Part shown: positions 1-8,512 of the stretch, in pieces
Layout of the letters: each line of letters opens with the position of its first letter
Numbering within the stretch: position 1 is the stretch's first letter
From: a virus
Taxonomy: Duplodnaviria; Caudoviricetes
IMG/VR virus record: IMGVR_UViG_3300017739_000010
Span: 1 to 59,530 of that record
DNA: 59,530 bases
Reading direction: 5' to 3' (one strand)
The notes under the pieces: generated by a model
What the model saw: only the letters and a program-made list of their open reading frames with translations
Told to the model about the DNA's origin: nothing
Databases searched by the model: none
Translations under genes and position numbers: made by a program

Positions 1-36
1 GAAGCACCTCCGTTTGATTATTAAAAAAGAACAATC

Positions 37-432
37 ATGAAAAAAATTTTACTATTTGAAGAGTTTATTAACGAGAATAAACAAGCAGAAAAAGTAATAA
101 AAAAAGCCCTTCCAGGATATGCATGGGAACATTATGGTTCTCTTGATTCTGATGAAATAGAGGCAGATGGTTTTGCTGGAGCTGAAACTTTTGGAGTAGC
201 CCTAGATGAACTTGATGGTATGGAATTAATGGTACAAATCTATTCAGCAGACGGATTGAGACATACTCATTTTGGTTTTAACTTTGATGGAATGCCAGTA
301 TCTACTTCATTACACTCAAGCGCTGAAAGAAGAAGTATTGATACTACTGGATTGGATTCTCCAATAGACATTAAAAAACTAAATTCAAGTGTATTAGACT
401 CTGTAATATCAGATATTAAAGATACTCTTTAA
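37..432 (+). CDS. putative internal head (packaged) protein
   Basis: N-terminus MKKILLFEEFINE resembles the T4 capsid-targeting sequence MKTYQEFIAE; the motif recurs in the 50.7-59.5 kb cluster. Confidence 0.6.
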   Translation: MKKILLFEEFINENKQAEKVIKKALPGYAWEHYGSLDSDEIEADGFAGAETFGVALDELDGMELMVQIYSADGLRHTHFGFNFDGMPVSTSLHSSAERRSIDTTGLDSPIDIKKLNSSVLDSVISDIKDTL

Positions 433-448
433 AAAAAGAACCCTAACC

Positions 449-514
449 ATGAATTGTAATTGTAAAGAATGTAAATGCGAAGGGTCTTGTAATTGCTCTT
501 GTTGCGATTGCTAA
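449..514 (+). CDS. 21-aa metallothionein-like Cys-rich micropeptide (absent from ORF track)
   Basis: Hand translation MNCNCKECKCEGSCNCSCCDC*; 9 Cys in CxC/CC motifs; A-rich leader with A at -3; fills the gap between a gene and a terminator. Confidence 0.75.
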   Translation: MNCNCKECKCEGSCNCSCCDC

Positions 515-530
515 GCAGGCACACATTTTA

Positions 531-557
531 GAAACTTTTAGAGAAGTCTATGTATAA
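531..557 (+). promoter_or_regulatory. GAAAC-N17-TATAA promoter-like motif upstream of dCMP deaminase
   Basis: GAAAC 531-535, TATAA 553-557; same arrangement at 46280, 46529 and 45680 (minus strand). Confidence 0.55.
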
Positions 558-580
558 TTAGTGAATACATAGACTTTTTT
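544..580 (+). terminator. intrinsic terminator-like hairpin
   Basis: Perfect 12-bp inverted repeat AAGTCTATGTAT / ATACATAGACTT, 9-nt loop, T-run to 580. Confidence 0.7.
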
Positions 581-583
581 AGT

Positions 584-1090
584 ATGCCAAGAATACCGGT
601 TGATTTAATTTACATGCAGATGGCTTATCAAGTAGCCAAGCTCTCGTACGCTAAACGTAGGCGCGTTGGTTGTATTATCGTGAAAGATACACAGGTAATT
701 GCAACTGGATACAACGGTACGCCACATGGCTTTGATAACGACTGTGAAGAGATACAGGTTAGAGATATAGAGAACGAAAATCATAAGAAAGTATTAGAGG
801 AAAAGGGTTATGAATGTGAAGACACTTGTTGTTCTAAAGAAGTAACTAAAAGAGAAGTTCTACACGCAGAGTCTAACGCTCTAGCAAAAGTAAGTCGTTC
901 ATCCATCTCATCAGATGGTGCAGATATGTATATCACTACATGTCCATGTTTCGACTGTGCTAAATTGATTATTCAAGCCGGTATTAAAAGAGTATTCTTC
1001 TCGGAAGATTATAGAGATATGTCAGGTATTGCACTCTTAGAGAAAGCAGGTATTGAGGTAAAAGAAGTTATATGTTGGAACGGGGAGTAA
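584..1090 (+). CDS. cd: dCMP deaminase
   Basis: GYNGTP, HAESN and PCFDC zinc motifs. Confidence 0.95.
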   Translation: MPRIPVDLIYMQMAYQVAKLSYAKRRRVGCIIVKDTQVIATGYNGTPHGFDNDCEEIQVRDIENENHKKVLEEKGYECEDTCCSKEVTKREVLHAESNALAKVSRSSISSDGADMYITTCPCFDCAKLIIQAGIKRVFFSEDYRDMSGIALLEKAGIEVKEVICWNGE

Positions 1091-2805
1091 CTCAAATTAT
1101 TGACGAGGCTCTAGTCCAGAATGTATTCGGAACTGATTTCCAATTTAGACCAGGACAAAGAGAGGTTGTGGAAGCTATCTGTAATCACTATCTTCAAGAT
1201 CCAGAAGGGACAATTATCTTAGATGCCCCAACTGGAAGCGGTAAATCACTAATTGCTATGTGGTCCGCGCACATTCTAAAAGAACTCGGTAACCGAGGCT
1301 ATCTCGTCACATCTGATTTAATGCTACAAGATCAGTATGAAGAAGACTTTAATAAATTTAAACTTAATTGGCCTTCAGTAAGAGGAGTAGACAATTATGA
1401 ATGTGATGTCAATGGTCTGACATTCTCTCTTGCAGACTGTAAGATGAAAGGTATTAGTTATGAAGCAGCTGAGAATCTAACTTGCTGGAACACCTGTGGG
1501 TATCTACAGGCTAGACGGCGCGCGAAGGAGCTACCTGTAGCTCTCTTCAACTATTCATATTATCTAATACAAAGGAATTATGTAGAAGACAAGATGATAG
1601 ATCAGGGTAAAGAGATACCATTTCCTAAGAGAGACTTTGTATTCTTTGATGAAGCACATAAGGTAGATAATATTGTACAGGGACACTTCTCACCTAGAAT
1701 AGACAGAGGAACAACTAAGATATTTAGGGAAGTAAACAGATTTGTACAGAAACATGGTATCGATGCTGCCTGGGTAACCGAGAACAGAATAGCAAGTATC
1801 GTCGACCGCTTAATGCGGGAAGACGACCACCAGGAGTTAATGAGGCTCATCGGAGAGTTCAGAGGTATTGCTGTGGTATATCGAAAAGTACAGGGCGCAG
1901 CCCTCAAACAGTCAAAGTCCAGATTTAAGCAGACTGATGTCCCTAAAGAGTGGCAGACTTTTTTTGGACGAATGGATCGATTGAAAGATATATGGTGTAA
2001 GTTTGACGACTATCATGATATAATTAAAGAACTTGGAAATGATGCAATCGTTATTAAGAGATCTGAAGTTGAAACGCAATTCTTATGTTTAGAAGAAGCA
2101 CTAATGATTGAAAAATTCTTACAGAATAAAAGTGGTTTTAAAGTCTTTATGTCTGCAACATTAGGTGATATTAGATCTTTTGCAAAACATACTAAAATGG
2201 GGAATGCAAAGGTAATTAGAATGGATAACAAATTTTCCTACAAAAAATCCCCCGTGGTTTTCATCAATAGGCACAAATTGTCTTTTAGAGAACGCGAACA
2301 AAATCTCCCCAAGGTCATAAAAGTTCTTGACAAGATCTTAGACAAACACAAAGGACAAAGTGGAATTATTCACGCCGGTTCCTATGACTTCATGAACTAC
2401 ATCAATAATCAATCTAAACATAGGTCTAATCTAATAACCTATGATGTAGCTAAAGAAAGATCTGGTGCAATTAGAAACTTTAATGAATTAGATGGTAAAA
2501 TACTTGTAGGTCCTTCCCTGTTGGAAGGTTTAGACCTTAAAGATGATAAATCTAGATTTCAAATCTTCTTTAAAGTACCATATCCATCATTGAATGACCC
2601 ACTTGTAAAAGCAAAGATGTCAGCGTTTGCTGATTGGTATGATTGGAAAACAGGCATTGCAATACAACAAGGAGCAGGAAGATCTATTAGATCTAAGGAT
2701 GATTGGGCAATAACATATATTTTAGATGCGTGCTTTAGAAGCTTGATAAATAAACAGGACTTCTTTCCACCATCATTTAAAGAAAGAATAAAAACAATTT
2801 ACTAA
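1072..2805 (+). CDS. DinG/YoaA-like SF2 helicase
   Basis: Q motif FRPGQ, Walker A APTGSGKS, DEAH, EGLDL, KVPYP, QGAGRSIRS; Cys cluster at the Fe-S domain position. Confidence 0.9.
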   Translation: MLERGVTQIIDEALVQNVFGTDFQFRPGQREVVEAICNHYLQDPEGTIILDAPTGSGKSLIAMWSAHILKELGNRGYLVTSDLMLQDQYEEDFNKFKLNWPSVRGVDNYECDVNGLTFSLADCKMKGISYEAAENLTCWNTCGYLQARRRAKELPVALFNYSYYLIQRNYVEDKMIDQGKEIPFPKRDFVFFDEAHKVDNIVQGHFSPRIDRGTTKIFREVNRFVQKHGIDAAWVTENRIASIVDRLMREDDHQELMRLIGEFRGIAVVYRKVQGAALKQSKSRFKQTDVPKEWQTFFGRMDRLKDIWCKFDDYHDIIKELGNDAIVIKRSEVETQFLCLEEALMIEKFLQNKSGFKVFMSATLGDIRSFAKHTKMGNAKVIRMDNKFSYKKSPVVFINRHKLSFREREQNLPKVIKVLDKILDKHKGQSGIIHAGSYDFMNYINNQSKHRSNLITYDVAKERSGAIRNFNELDGKILVGPSLLEGLDLKDDKSRFQIFFKVPYPSLNDPLVKAKMSAFADWYDWKTGIAIQQGAGRSIRSKDDWAITYILDACFRSLINKQDFFPPSFKERIKTIY

Positions 2806-3381
2806 ATGAGAGACTTAATTATTTGCGATAACTTTTACTCTAATGTAGACGAGGTAAGAGCTTTTGCTTTACAACAAGATTTTAATGTAGATGGAAACTA
2901 TCCTGGACATAGAACAAAATCTTTTTTAAATAAATCGATTGCAGACTATATTGGCGAAATTATAGGAGGGGAGCTAGACTTAGATAGTTTAGGTGATGAC
3001 ACGTATTGTGGTGCATATCAATATACTACTGCAGCTGATAGAACTTGGATTCATGCAGATGGTTGGAACGAATGGGCAGGTGTTGTTTATTTAACTCCAG
3101 ATGCACCGGTCACAGGAGGTACTGGTATTTTTAGACATAAACCTACTGGAGCATATTCTATGCCAAGATTACAAGATGGTACTAGAAATGAAACACTTTT
3201 AGATTTAATTAACGCTGACGGTCGAGACTATACTAAGTGGGATTTAGTTGATGTTGTAGGAAATAAGTATAATAGAGCAGTATTCTACAAAGGAGACTTA
3301 TTCCATGCTTCACTAGATTATTTTGGTAGAGCTTTATATGACGGTAGATTATTTCAAACATTTTTCTTTAACACTAAATAA
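2806..3381 (+). CDS. 2OG-Fe(II) oxygenase-like protein (DUF6445-like)
   Basis: DNFY, YPG, WIHAD, VYLTP, GT.IF, YNRAVFY, distal H, R.FQTFF. Confidence 0.75.
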   Translation: MRDLIICDNFYSNVDEVRAFALQQDFNVDGNYPGHRTKSFLNKSIADYIGEIIGGELDLDSLGDDTYCGAYQYTTAADRTWIHADGWNEWAGVVYLTPDAPVTGGTGIFRHKPTGAYSMPRLQDGTRNETLLDLINADGRDYTKWDLVDVVGNKYNRAVFYKGDLFHASLDYFGRALYDGRLFQTFFFNTK

Positions 3382-3388
3382 ATTAATT

Positions 3389-3616
3389 ATGGGATTCAAT
3401 AAACTTTACATTCCAGAACTAGAATCTTTAAAACAATCCCTTAGAGAGAAGGGTAACGAAGAGTTCACTGAATTTTGGAAAAGCCGATATATGAAGGCTG
3501 ATGCAATCGTAGGTCCACCCGAATCAATGGATTTTATTAAACAATTTCTAAATCGTGAGTATAATTATAGAACGACTGGTCAACTCGAGTTTGGTTTTGA
3601 TGAGGTCGATGATTAA
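3389..3616 (+). CDS. hypothetical protein
   Basis: In-frame ATG at 3389 just after the upstream stop. Confidence 0.7.
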   Translation: MGFNKLYIPELESLKQSLREKGNEEFTEFWKSRYMKADAIVGPPESMDFIKQFLNREYNYRTTGQLEFGFDEVDD

Positions 3617-3626
3617 AAATAAAAAT

Positions 3627-4208
3627 ATGTCAACAGAAACACAAGAACAAACAAAAGCAAAAATGTACGTTTGGGCTAGAACTGAACGTGCTGGAGATAT
3701 AGTCACTGTAGAAGGAACTGAAGATCAGTTTACTACCTTTACCGACGGTACAAGATGTGCAACTAAATTAATTGGTGAAATGTTAATGGAAGCTAGAGAC
3801 GAAGCAAATGCAGAATCTTTAGCCAAATCATTTAAAATTTTAGAAGAACCACAGTTAGATTCAACCCCTGTGGAAGAAACTACTAAAAAAGAAACTACGA
3901 CGGCTGATAATGTAATGATTGATGTGCTAAGAAAGGTTAGTGCAAAGAATACAATTACAATGCCTTTAGAAATAAACATACCTTCTAAAGAAGTTTACAC
4001 TCTATTAGTAGATCAGATTGATGAAGACTTAAACGAGCACGTATTGGAGCTTGTACTGAGTCAGATAGATAATTTACAACAACAATTAAAGCCACAGGCT
4101 GAAGAATTTATTAAAAACTATTACAATGGCAAAGGAACAAAAGCTAACACCAGAAGAAAGTCAACAAATAGCGGAGGCGACTCAAGTGCCCCAGACATCA
4201 CCTACTAA
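3627..4208 (+). CDS. hypothetical protein
   Basis: Long ORF within the operon; start 3627 or 3609. Confidence 0.75.
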   Translation: MSTETQEQTKAKMYVWARTERAGDIVTVEGTEDQFTTFTDGTRCATKLIGEMLMEARDEANAESLAKSFKILEEPQLDSTPVEETTKKETTTADNVMIDVLRKVSAKNTITMPLEINIPSKEVYTLLVDQIDEDLNEHVLELVLSQIDNLQQQLKPQAEEFIKNYYNGKGTKANTRRKSTNSGGDSSAPDITY

Positions 4209-4575
4209 CTGGAATAGACGTCAAAGACGTCACATGTTAAGGCAACAAGGTGTATTAAAATACTTAAGTAAACTTCCATTCTTAGGAGAGGTTAGGTCTA
4301 ACTTTAGACAGCAAAATCTAGAGAATGGTAGAAAGATTCATCAGAAAAACTTAGATGCTAATGATAAAGTAAATCATGCTATGTTAGAGGCTAAGTTAGA
4401 AGAGGTGAAAAATACTTGGAAATCTATAGGCTATAATAAGAGCGAGATAGATAAATTAGAAGAAGCTTGGTCTTTGTCTGTAATTAAAGATAAAGAAACT
4501 CTTAAAGAGGACAAGAAGAAGATTAAGAAACTACAGAGAGAAGTGCTAGAGTCATTTCAATCTAGAAAAAAGTAA
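4126..4575 (+). CDS. hypothetical protein, basic/coiled-coil, NRRQRR motif
   Basis: ORF track; operon context. Confidence 0.75.
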   Translation: MAKEQKLTPEESQQIAEATQVPQTSPTNWNRRQRRHMLRQQGVLKYLSKLPFLGEVRSNFRQQNLENGRKIHQKNLDANDKVNHAMLEAKLEEVKNTWKSIGYNKSEIDKLEEAWSLSVIKDKETLKEDKKKIKKLQREVLESFQSRKK

Positions 4576-4582
4576 ACGATAG

Positions 4583-4906
4583 ATGATTAGTATTAGTATA
4601 GAACCTGCTGATAACGGGGTAGTCAAATTTTTGATTGATGATAATGTAAACGGTGGAGGTGAAGAATACACTTCTAGAGTCGTTTATGATTTTGACGGCT
4701 ATCTTGGTAGACAACAACAGGTTAAGTTTTTAAATGACTTAATCTTAGACTTAGGTTTGAGTACTGGTAGTGATATTGATCGTGACAAATTGGAGATTAA
4801 ATTAGATTGGGGAGCAAAGTATAACGCGACCGAATCAGAAATTAAAACAAGAGTAACGCTACTCCAAAAAGAAATAAAAAAGCTTACTCGTTTAATAGAG
4901 AAATGA
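4583..4906 (+). CDS. hypothetical protein
   Basis: ORF; ATGA overlap with the next gene. Confidence 0.75.
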   Translation: MISISIEPADNGVVKFLIDDNVNGGGEEYTSRVVYDFDGYLGRQQQVKFLNDLILDLGLSTGSDIDRDKLEIKLDWGAKYNATESEIKTRVTLLQKEIKKLTRLIEK

Positions 4907-5310
4907 AACTACACGTAGAAGGTGTATGGTGTAAAACTAGAACTGAGTTTGAGAGATTAGCAAAGTCTGGCGAATACGATTTAACAGTATCTTATTTTGA
5001 TATATTCAATAGGTTAATTAAATCAGATCCTTATAGTAAGGAGCCATCAGATATTATTGTATCTCTTTATATTAGAAAATTAATACAAAGACTGCTCGAT
5101 GATGCAAATGAGAATGAAAAAGAGCAAGCTAAAATTTTATACATGTTCAAAACCCTAGACACAGGTTCGGTTTTAGGATTTAAAGAATTTGTAAATGACC
5201 TAATTGAAGAACCGTTTGATTTGGATCTTATTATCATTAACAGATGCGACTATCCTAAAAGAGGAGTGTTGAGCAAGTTTGATAATGTAAGATTCATAGA
5301 CCATGATTAA
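4903..5310 (+). CDS. hypothetical protein
   Basis: Translationally coupled ORF. Confidence 0.75.
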   Translation: MKLHVEGVWCKTRTEFERLAKSGEYDLTVSYFDIFNRLIKSDPYSKEPSDIIVSLYIRKLIQRLLDDANENEKEQAKILYMFKTLDTGSVLGFKEFVNDLIEEPFDLDLIIINRCDYPKRGVLSKFDNVRFIDHD

Positions 5311-5899
5311 GCATAAGATTTTTACCAAAGGTGAATTAATTCAAGCTCTAATCTCTACTACACAAGCACCTAATGTACTGATTCCTGTAAGGGCTATGAT
5401 ACACGACGTTAAATTTGACGACGTAAATCCTCAATACCAAATTAAGATTAGAAAATTCTATGACCAAATTAATTTTTTAAAGAGAAACTTATTTGGTGGT
5501 AGATTTATTAGAAACTTTGAAGGCAAAGATACAAGGATAAATCTAAAGAGACAGGAATATAATACCGTTAAAGAACTAGAAGACAGAGTCTTTAATGGTG
5601 ATAAATGGCAACAATATCTAATTGTTGTAGATTCTGTATTCTGTGTAAAGACCAGAGGTGAACAAGTAGAATTATTCAATAAAATACAGGATTTTCAGGT
5701 TGAATCTAATTTTAAAGAGCTATTTAACCTATCAAATAGAACCATATATACTGGAAATTACAACTTTCACACAAAAGGTGAGTTCGTTAAAGCACTTCAA
5801 AAGTTTTTAGGCGATAAATACCCTAAAGCTAAAGATTGGGTCGATTCTGTACTATATAGACCTAATCATGATGAAATGGACCGCGGAGAATGGGTCTAA
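5303..5899 (+). CDS. hypothetical protein
   Basis: Coupled ORF, 198 aa. Confidence 0.8.
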   Translation: MIKHKIFTKGELIQALISTTQAPNVLIPVRAMIHDVKFDDVNPQYQIKIRKFYDQINFLKRNLFGGRFIRNFEGKDTRINLKRQEYNTVKELEDRVFNGDKWQQYLIVVDSVFCVKTRGEQVELFNKIQDFQVESNFKELFNLSNRTIYTGNYNFHTKGEFVKALQKFLGDKYPKAKDWVDSVLYRPNHDEMDRGEWV

Positions 5900-5924
5900 A
5901 CATATTAGTGTAATATATTGCACA

Positions 5925-5933
5925 GATATATAT
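5925..5933 (+). promoter_or_regulatory. late-promoter-like GATATATA motif at the start of the structural module
   Basis: Motif recurs just upstream of many structural genes; analogous to T4 TATAAATA. Confidence 0.6.
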
Positions 5934-5953
5934 AAAAAACAATAGGACTTTTA

Positions 5954-7696
5954 ATGGCTAACTACACGCTTGATGACATTCTTCCAGGACCTCCAACACA
6001 ATATATTTACACGGAGATAGCAACTGGTGAACAAATCGTTAGAAACGAACAGCTTTCAGATGATGAAGTTGCAGGTGCTCCCCCTGCAGATGGAGGTAAT
6101 GATGCTGCAATCCAAGGTACTAATTCTTTTAGAGAATCTGGTGAGACTGCTGGAGAGTCTTTATATGGTAAGACTACTATTGATTCTAGAACATATAAGA
6201 CTAAAGATCCAGACAAAGAATTCAATCAGGGCCCTGGTGTTAGATCTTTATATAATAAATGGTCTCTTCACAACTATAATAACAGAGCAACCGGTACTGC
6301 CGGAGAAAAGTTCTCTTTTTTACACTATAATAAAGCTGTAACTTCTGGTAATGATGATAACATTTTAAATCCTACTGCTAGAAGAATTGTAAACTATGCA
6401 CAAGATCAGGGTGGTATTGGTTATTCATACAAGTTTAGTGATTTTGGTGCCACAGAACATTATGGTCAGATTTCAAATGAATATCTAATTACATTAAGAC
6501 GTTTTGCATATCCATGTGGAGATGATTTAATGAATACAATGGGAGTAGATTCAAAAGGTAATCCTATCGATCTAGGTCAACCTGACTTAGCTAGAGTTTT
6601 AACATGGATGTCACCTGCTTTAGGCAACGATATGAAAGAGGTGTTAAAATTTGGTACTGGATTTCCATGGAAAGACGTTGAGTCTCAGATTCAAGAAGTA
6701 CAGGGTAATGCACAAAAAAGAGGTAAGTTAGGTGAGTTTATGGATTCATCTTCATTAGGCCGTGCAGTTGAAGCCGGTTTAAGTGGTAAGTCTGCTGCAG
6801 AAGCTCAGACAATTAGAGATAAAGGTGGAGGTTTTGACCCTATTAAAGAAACATACCCTAACAAAGTATTTGGACCTTTAAATGTGATTAAGAAAGTTTT
6901 AGCTAGAGAACAAGGTTTAGAATTTGATAGTACATTTAATTTAACATTCCATTACGATCTTAAAGGTATAACTGGTACTTCGCCAAAGGTTGCGTTTATG
7001 GACACTCTGTCAAATATCTTAGCTCTAACATATAACAATGCTCCTTTCTGGGGAGGTTCGGTTAGATATACTGGTAGTGGTTCTGTCGGTAAACCTTTCG
7101 GTGATTATGATAAACTTAAGAATGGAGACTATGCAGGTTTCTTGGGTTCATTAACTACACAATTAAAATCCTCAATGGGTGGAGCGTTTGATGACATAGG
7201 TAAGGCTGCAAGCGGATTATTAAGCGGTAAAGGTATTAACGCCTTAGGTGATTCTAAAATCATGGACAACATTATTGGTGGTGGTCTAATGAAATTATTG
7301 AATGGACCGCAAGGTGGTACAGTAATTAACGCATTCTTAACTGGAGATCCAACAGGACAATGGCACATGACAGTAGGTAATCCTATGAACCCGATGATGG
7401 TTTGTGGTAACCTAGCTTTACAGTCTTCTTCTGTAGAATTTGAAGGCCCATTAAGCTATGAAGGATTCCCAAGCAAAATAAAACTAACGGTTGAGCTGAA
7501 ACCAGCAAGACCTAGAGATAAAGGTGAAATTGAAAGCATGTTTAATGCAGGTAGAGGTAGAATATACCTACAACCAGAAGTTGAAGGTGCTGTAGATTTA
7601 GATGCAATTGTAGATGTATCTGCATACGGAAACAAAGACAGAGGCAAATTTACTCCTGGATTCTCAGAAAAATTATCAAACTTTGGACACGGATAA
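5954..7696 (+). CDS. baseplate / tail-tube initiator-like structural protein
   Basis: Immediately before the gp53-like gene; C-terminal beta pattern of tube-fold proteins; largely a synteny inference. Confidence 0.5.
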   Translation: MANYTLDDILPGPPTQYIYTEIATGEQIVRNEQLSDDEVAGAPPADGGNDAAIQGTNSFRESGETAGESLYGKTTIDSRTYKTKDPDKEFNQGPGVRSLYNKWSLHNYNNRATGTAGEKFSFLHYNKAVTSGNDDNILNPTARRIVNYAQDQGGIGYSYKFSDFGATEHYGQISNEYLITLRRFAYPCGDDLMNTMGVDSKGNPIDLGQPDLARVLTWMSPALGNDMKEVLKFGTGFPWKDVESQIQEVQGNAQKRGKLGEFMDSSSLGRAVEAGLSGKSAAEAQTIRDKGGGFDPIKETYPNKVFGPLNVIKKVLAREQGLEFDSTFNLTFHYDLKGITGTSPKVAFMDTLSNILALTYNNAPFWGGSVRYTGSGSVGKPFGDYDKLKNGDYAGFLGSLTTQLKSSMGGAFDDIGKAASGLLSGKGINALGDSKIMDNIIGGGLMKLLNGPQGGTVINAFLTGDPTGQWHMTVGNPMNPMMVCGNLALQSSSVEFEGPLSYEGFPSKIKLTVELKPARPRDKGEIESMFNAGRGRIYLQPEVEGAVDLDAIVDVSAYGNKDRGKFTPGFSEKLSNFGHG

Positions 7697-8502
7697 TGAA
7701 TTTAAAATCTTTAGCATTTAAAACAATAGATGGAGCTAAGTTTATTTTAGCTCAACCTACTATGATGTTTAGGAATAAAGAGGTTGTTCCTATCATTGCC
7801 ACACATGTTGTAAAAGATGATGAGGTGGGTAGACCAGACTTAATTGCACTGGAATACTATAATGATGATAGCAAAACAGATATTATCCTAAAATGGAATG
7901 GTATATCAGACCCATTTGCTCTAAACCCAGGAGAAGAGTTAGAGATTCCAGTGGATACGGTACCTTTCTATAAATTAGATAGGCCTAGAATCTTTGAAGA
8001 TAATAAGATTAAGAACGAGTTTGTACAGGGCAAGAAGTTGAATCAAAAGGACAAGAATAGACTAGATGCTCTTAAAAAGAAATATAATAAGGAAGTGCTA
8101 TTACCACCTAATGTAATTCCAGTCGGTAAAAAGAATTACAAGTTTACTGCGGATGGAGGAGTTATACTAGGAGCACAAGCTCAAAATGATGAAGTAACCC
8201 AGTCAATATTGTCTGATCTTGCAAATCAAGGACAAGATCAAAATGTAGATGTTGAAGTTACAGATATAGTAGTTGAAGAACAAATTACAAGTGGTGCTGG
8301 AGCTGGTATTAGTGTTTTGACGGAAAGTCAATTAGATAAAAATTTACAAGACCTAGCTGGAAAGGGTACTGGATCTGGAGTAGGATCCGGAGTCGGAGCT
8401 GGAACTGCAGACGAACTCGGTGGAGAAGCAGGAGATGGAACTGCACCAGAGTCTACTGGAGGAGCAAACGACATTGCTAACGACGGCGCACCTTGTAACT
8501 AA
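7696..8502 (+). CDS. gp53: baseplate wedge protein, T4 gp53-like (LysM-like)
   Basis: HVVKDDEVGRPDLIALEYY...ILKWNGISDPF..PGEELEIP; Gly/acidic disordered tail. Confidence 0.75.
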   Translation: MNLKSLAFKTIDGAKFILAQPTMMFRNKEVVPIIATHVVKDDEVGRPDLIALEYYNDDSKTDIILKWNGISDPFALNPGEELEIPVDTVPFYKLDRPRIFEDNKIKNEFVQGKKLNQKDKNRLDALKKKYNKEVLLPPNVIPVGKKNYKFTADGGVILGAQAQNDEVTQSILSDLANQGQDQNVDVEVTDIVVEEQITSGAGAGISVLTESQLDKNLQDLAGKGTGSGVGSGVGAGTADELGGEAGDGTAPESTGGANDIANDGAPCN

Positions 8503-8512
8503 ACTTTAGAAC

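Noticed and set aside
1-24. 3' end of an upstream gene (EAPPFDY*)
   Set aside because: Too short to support a call
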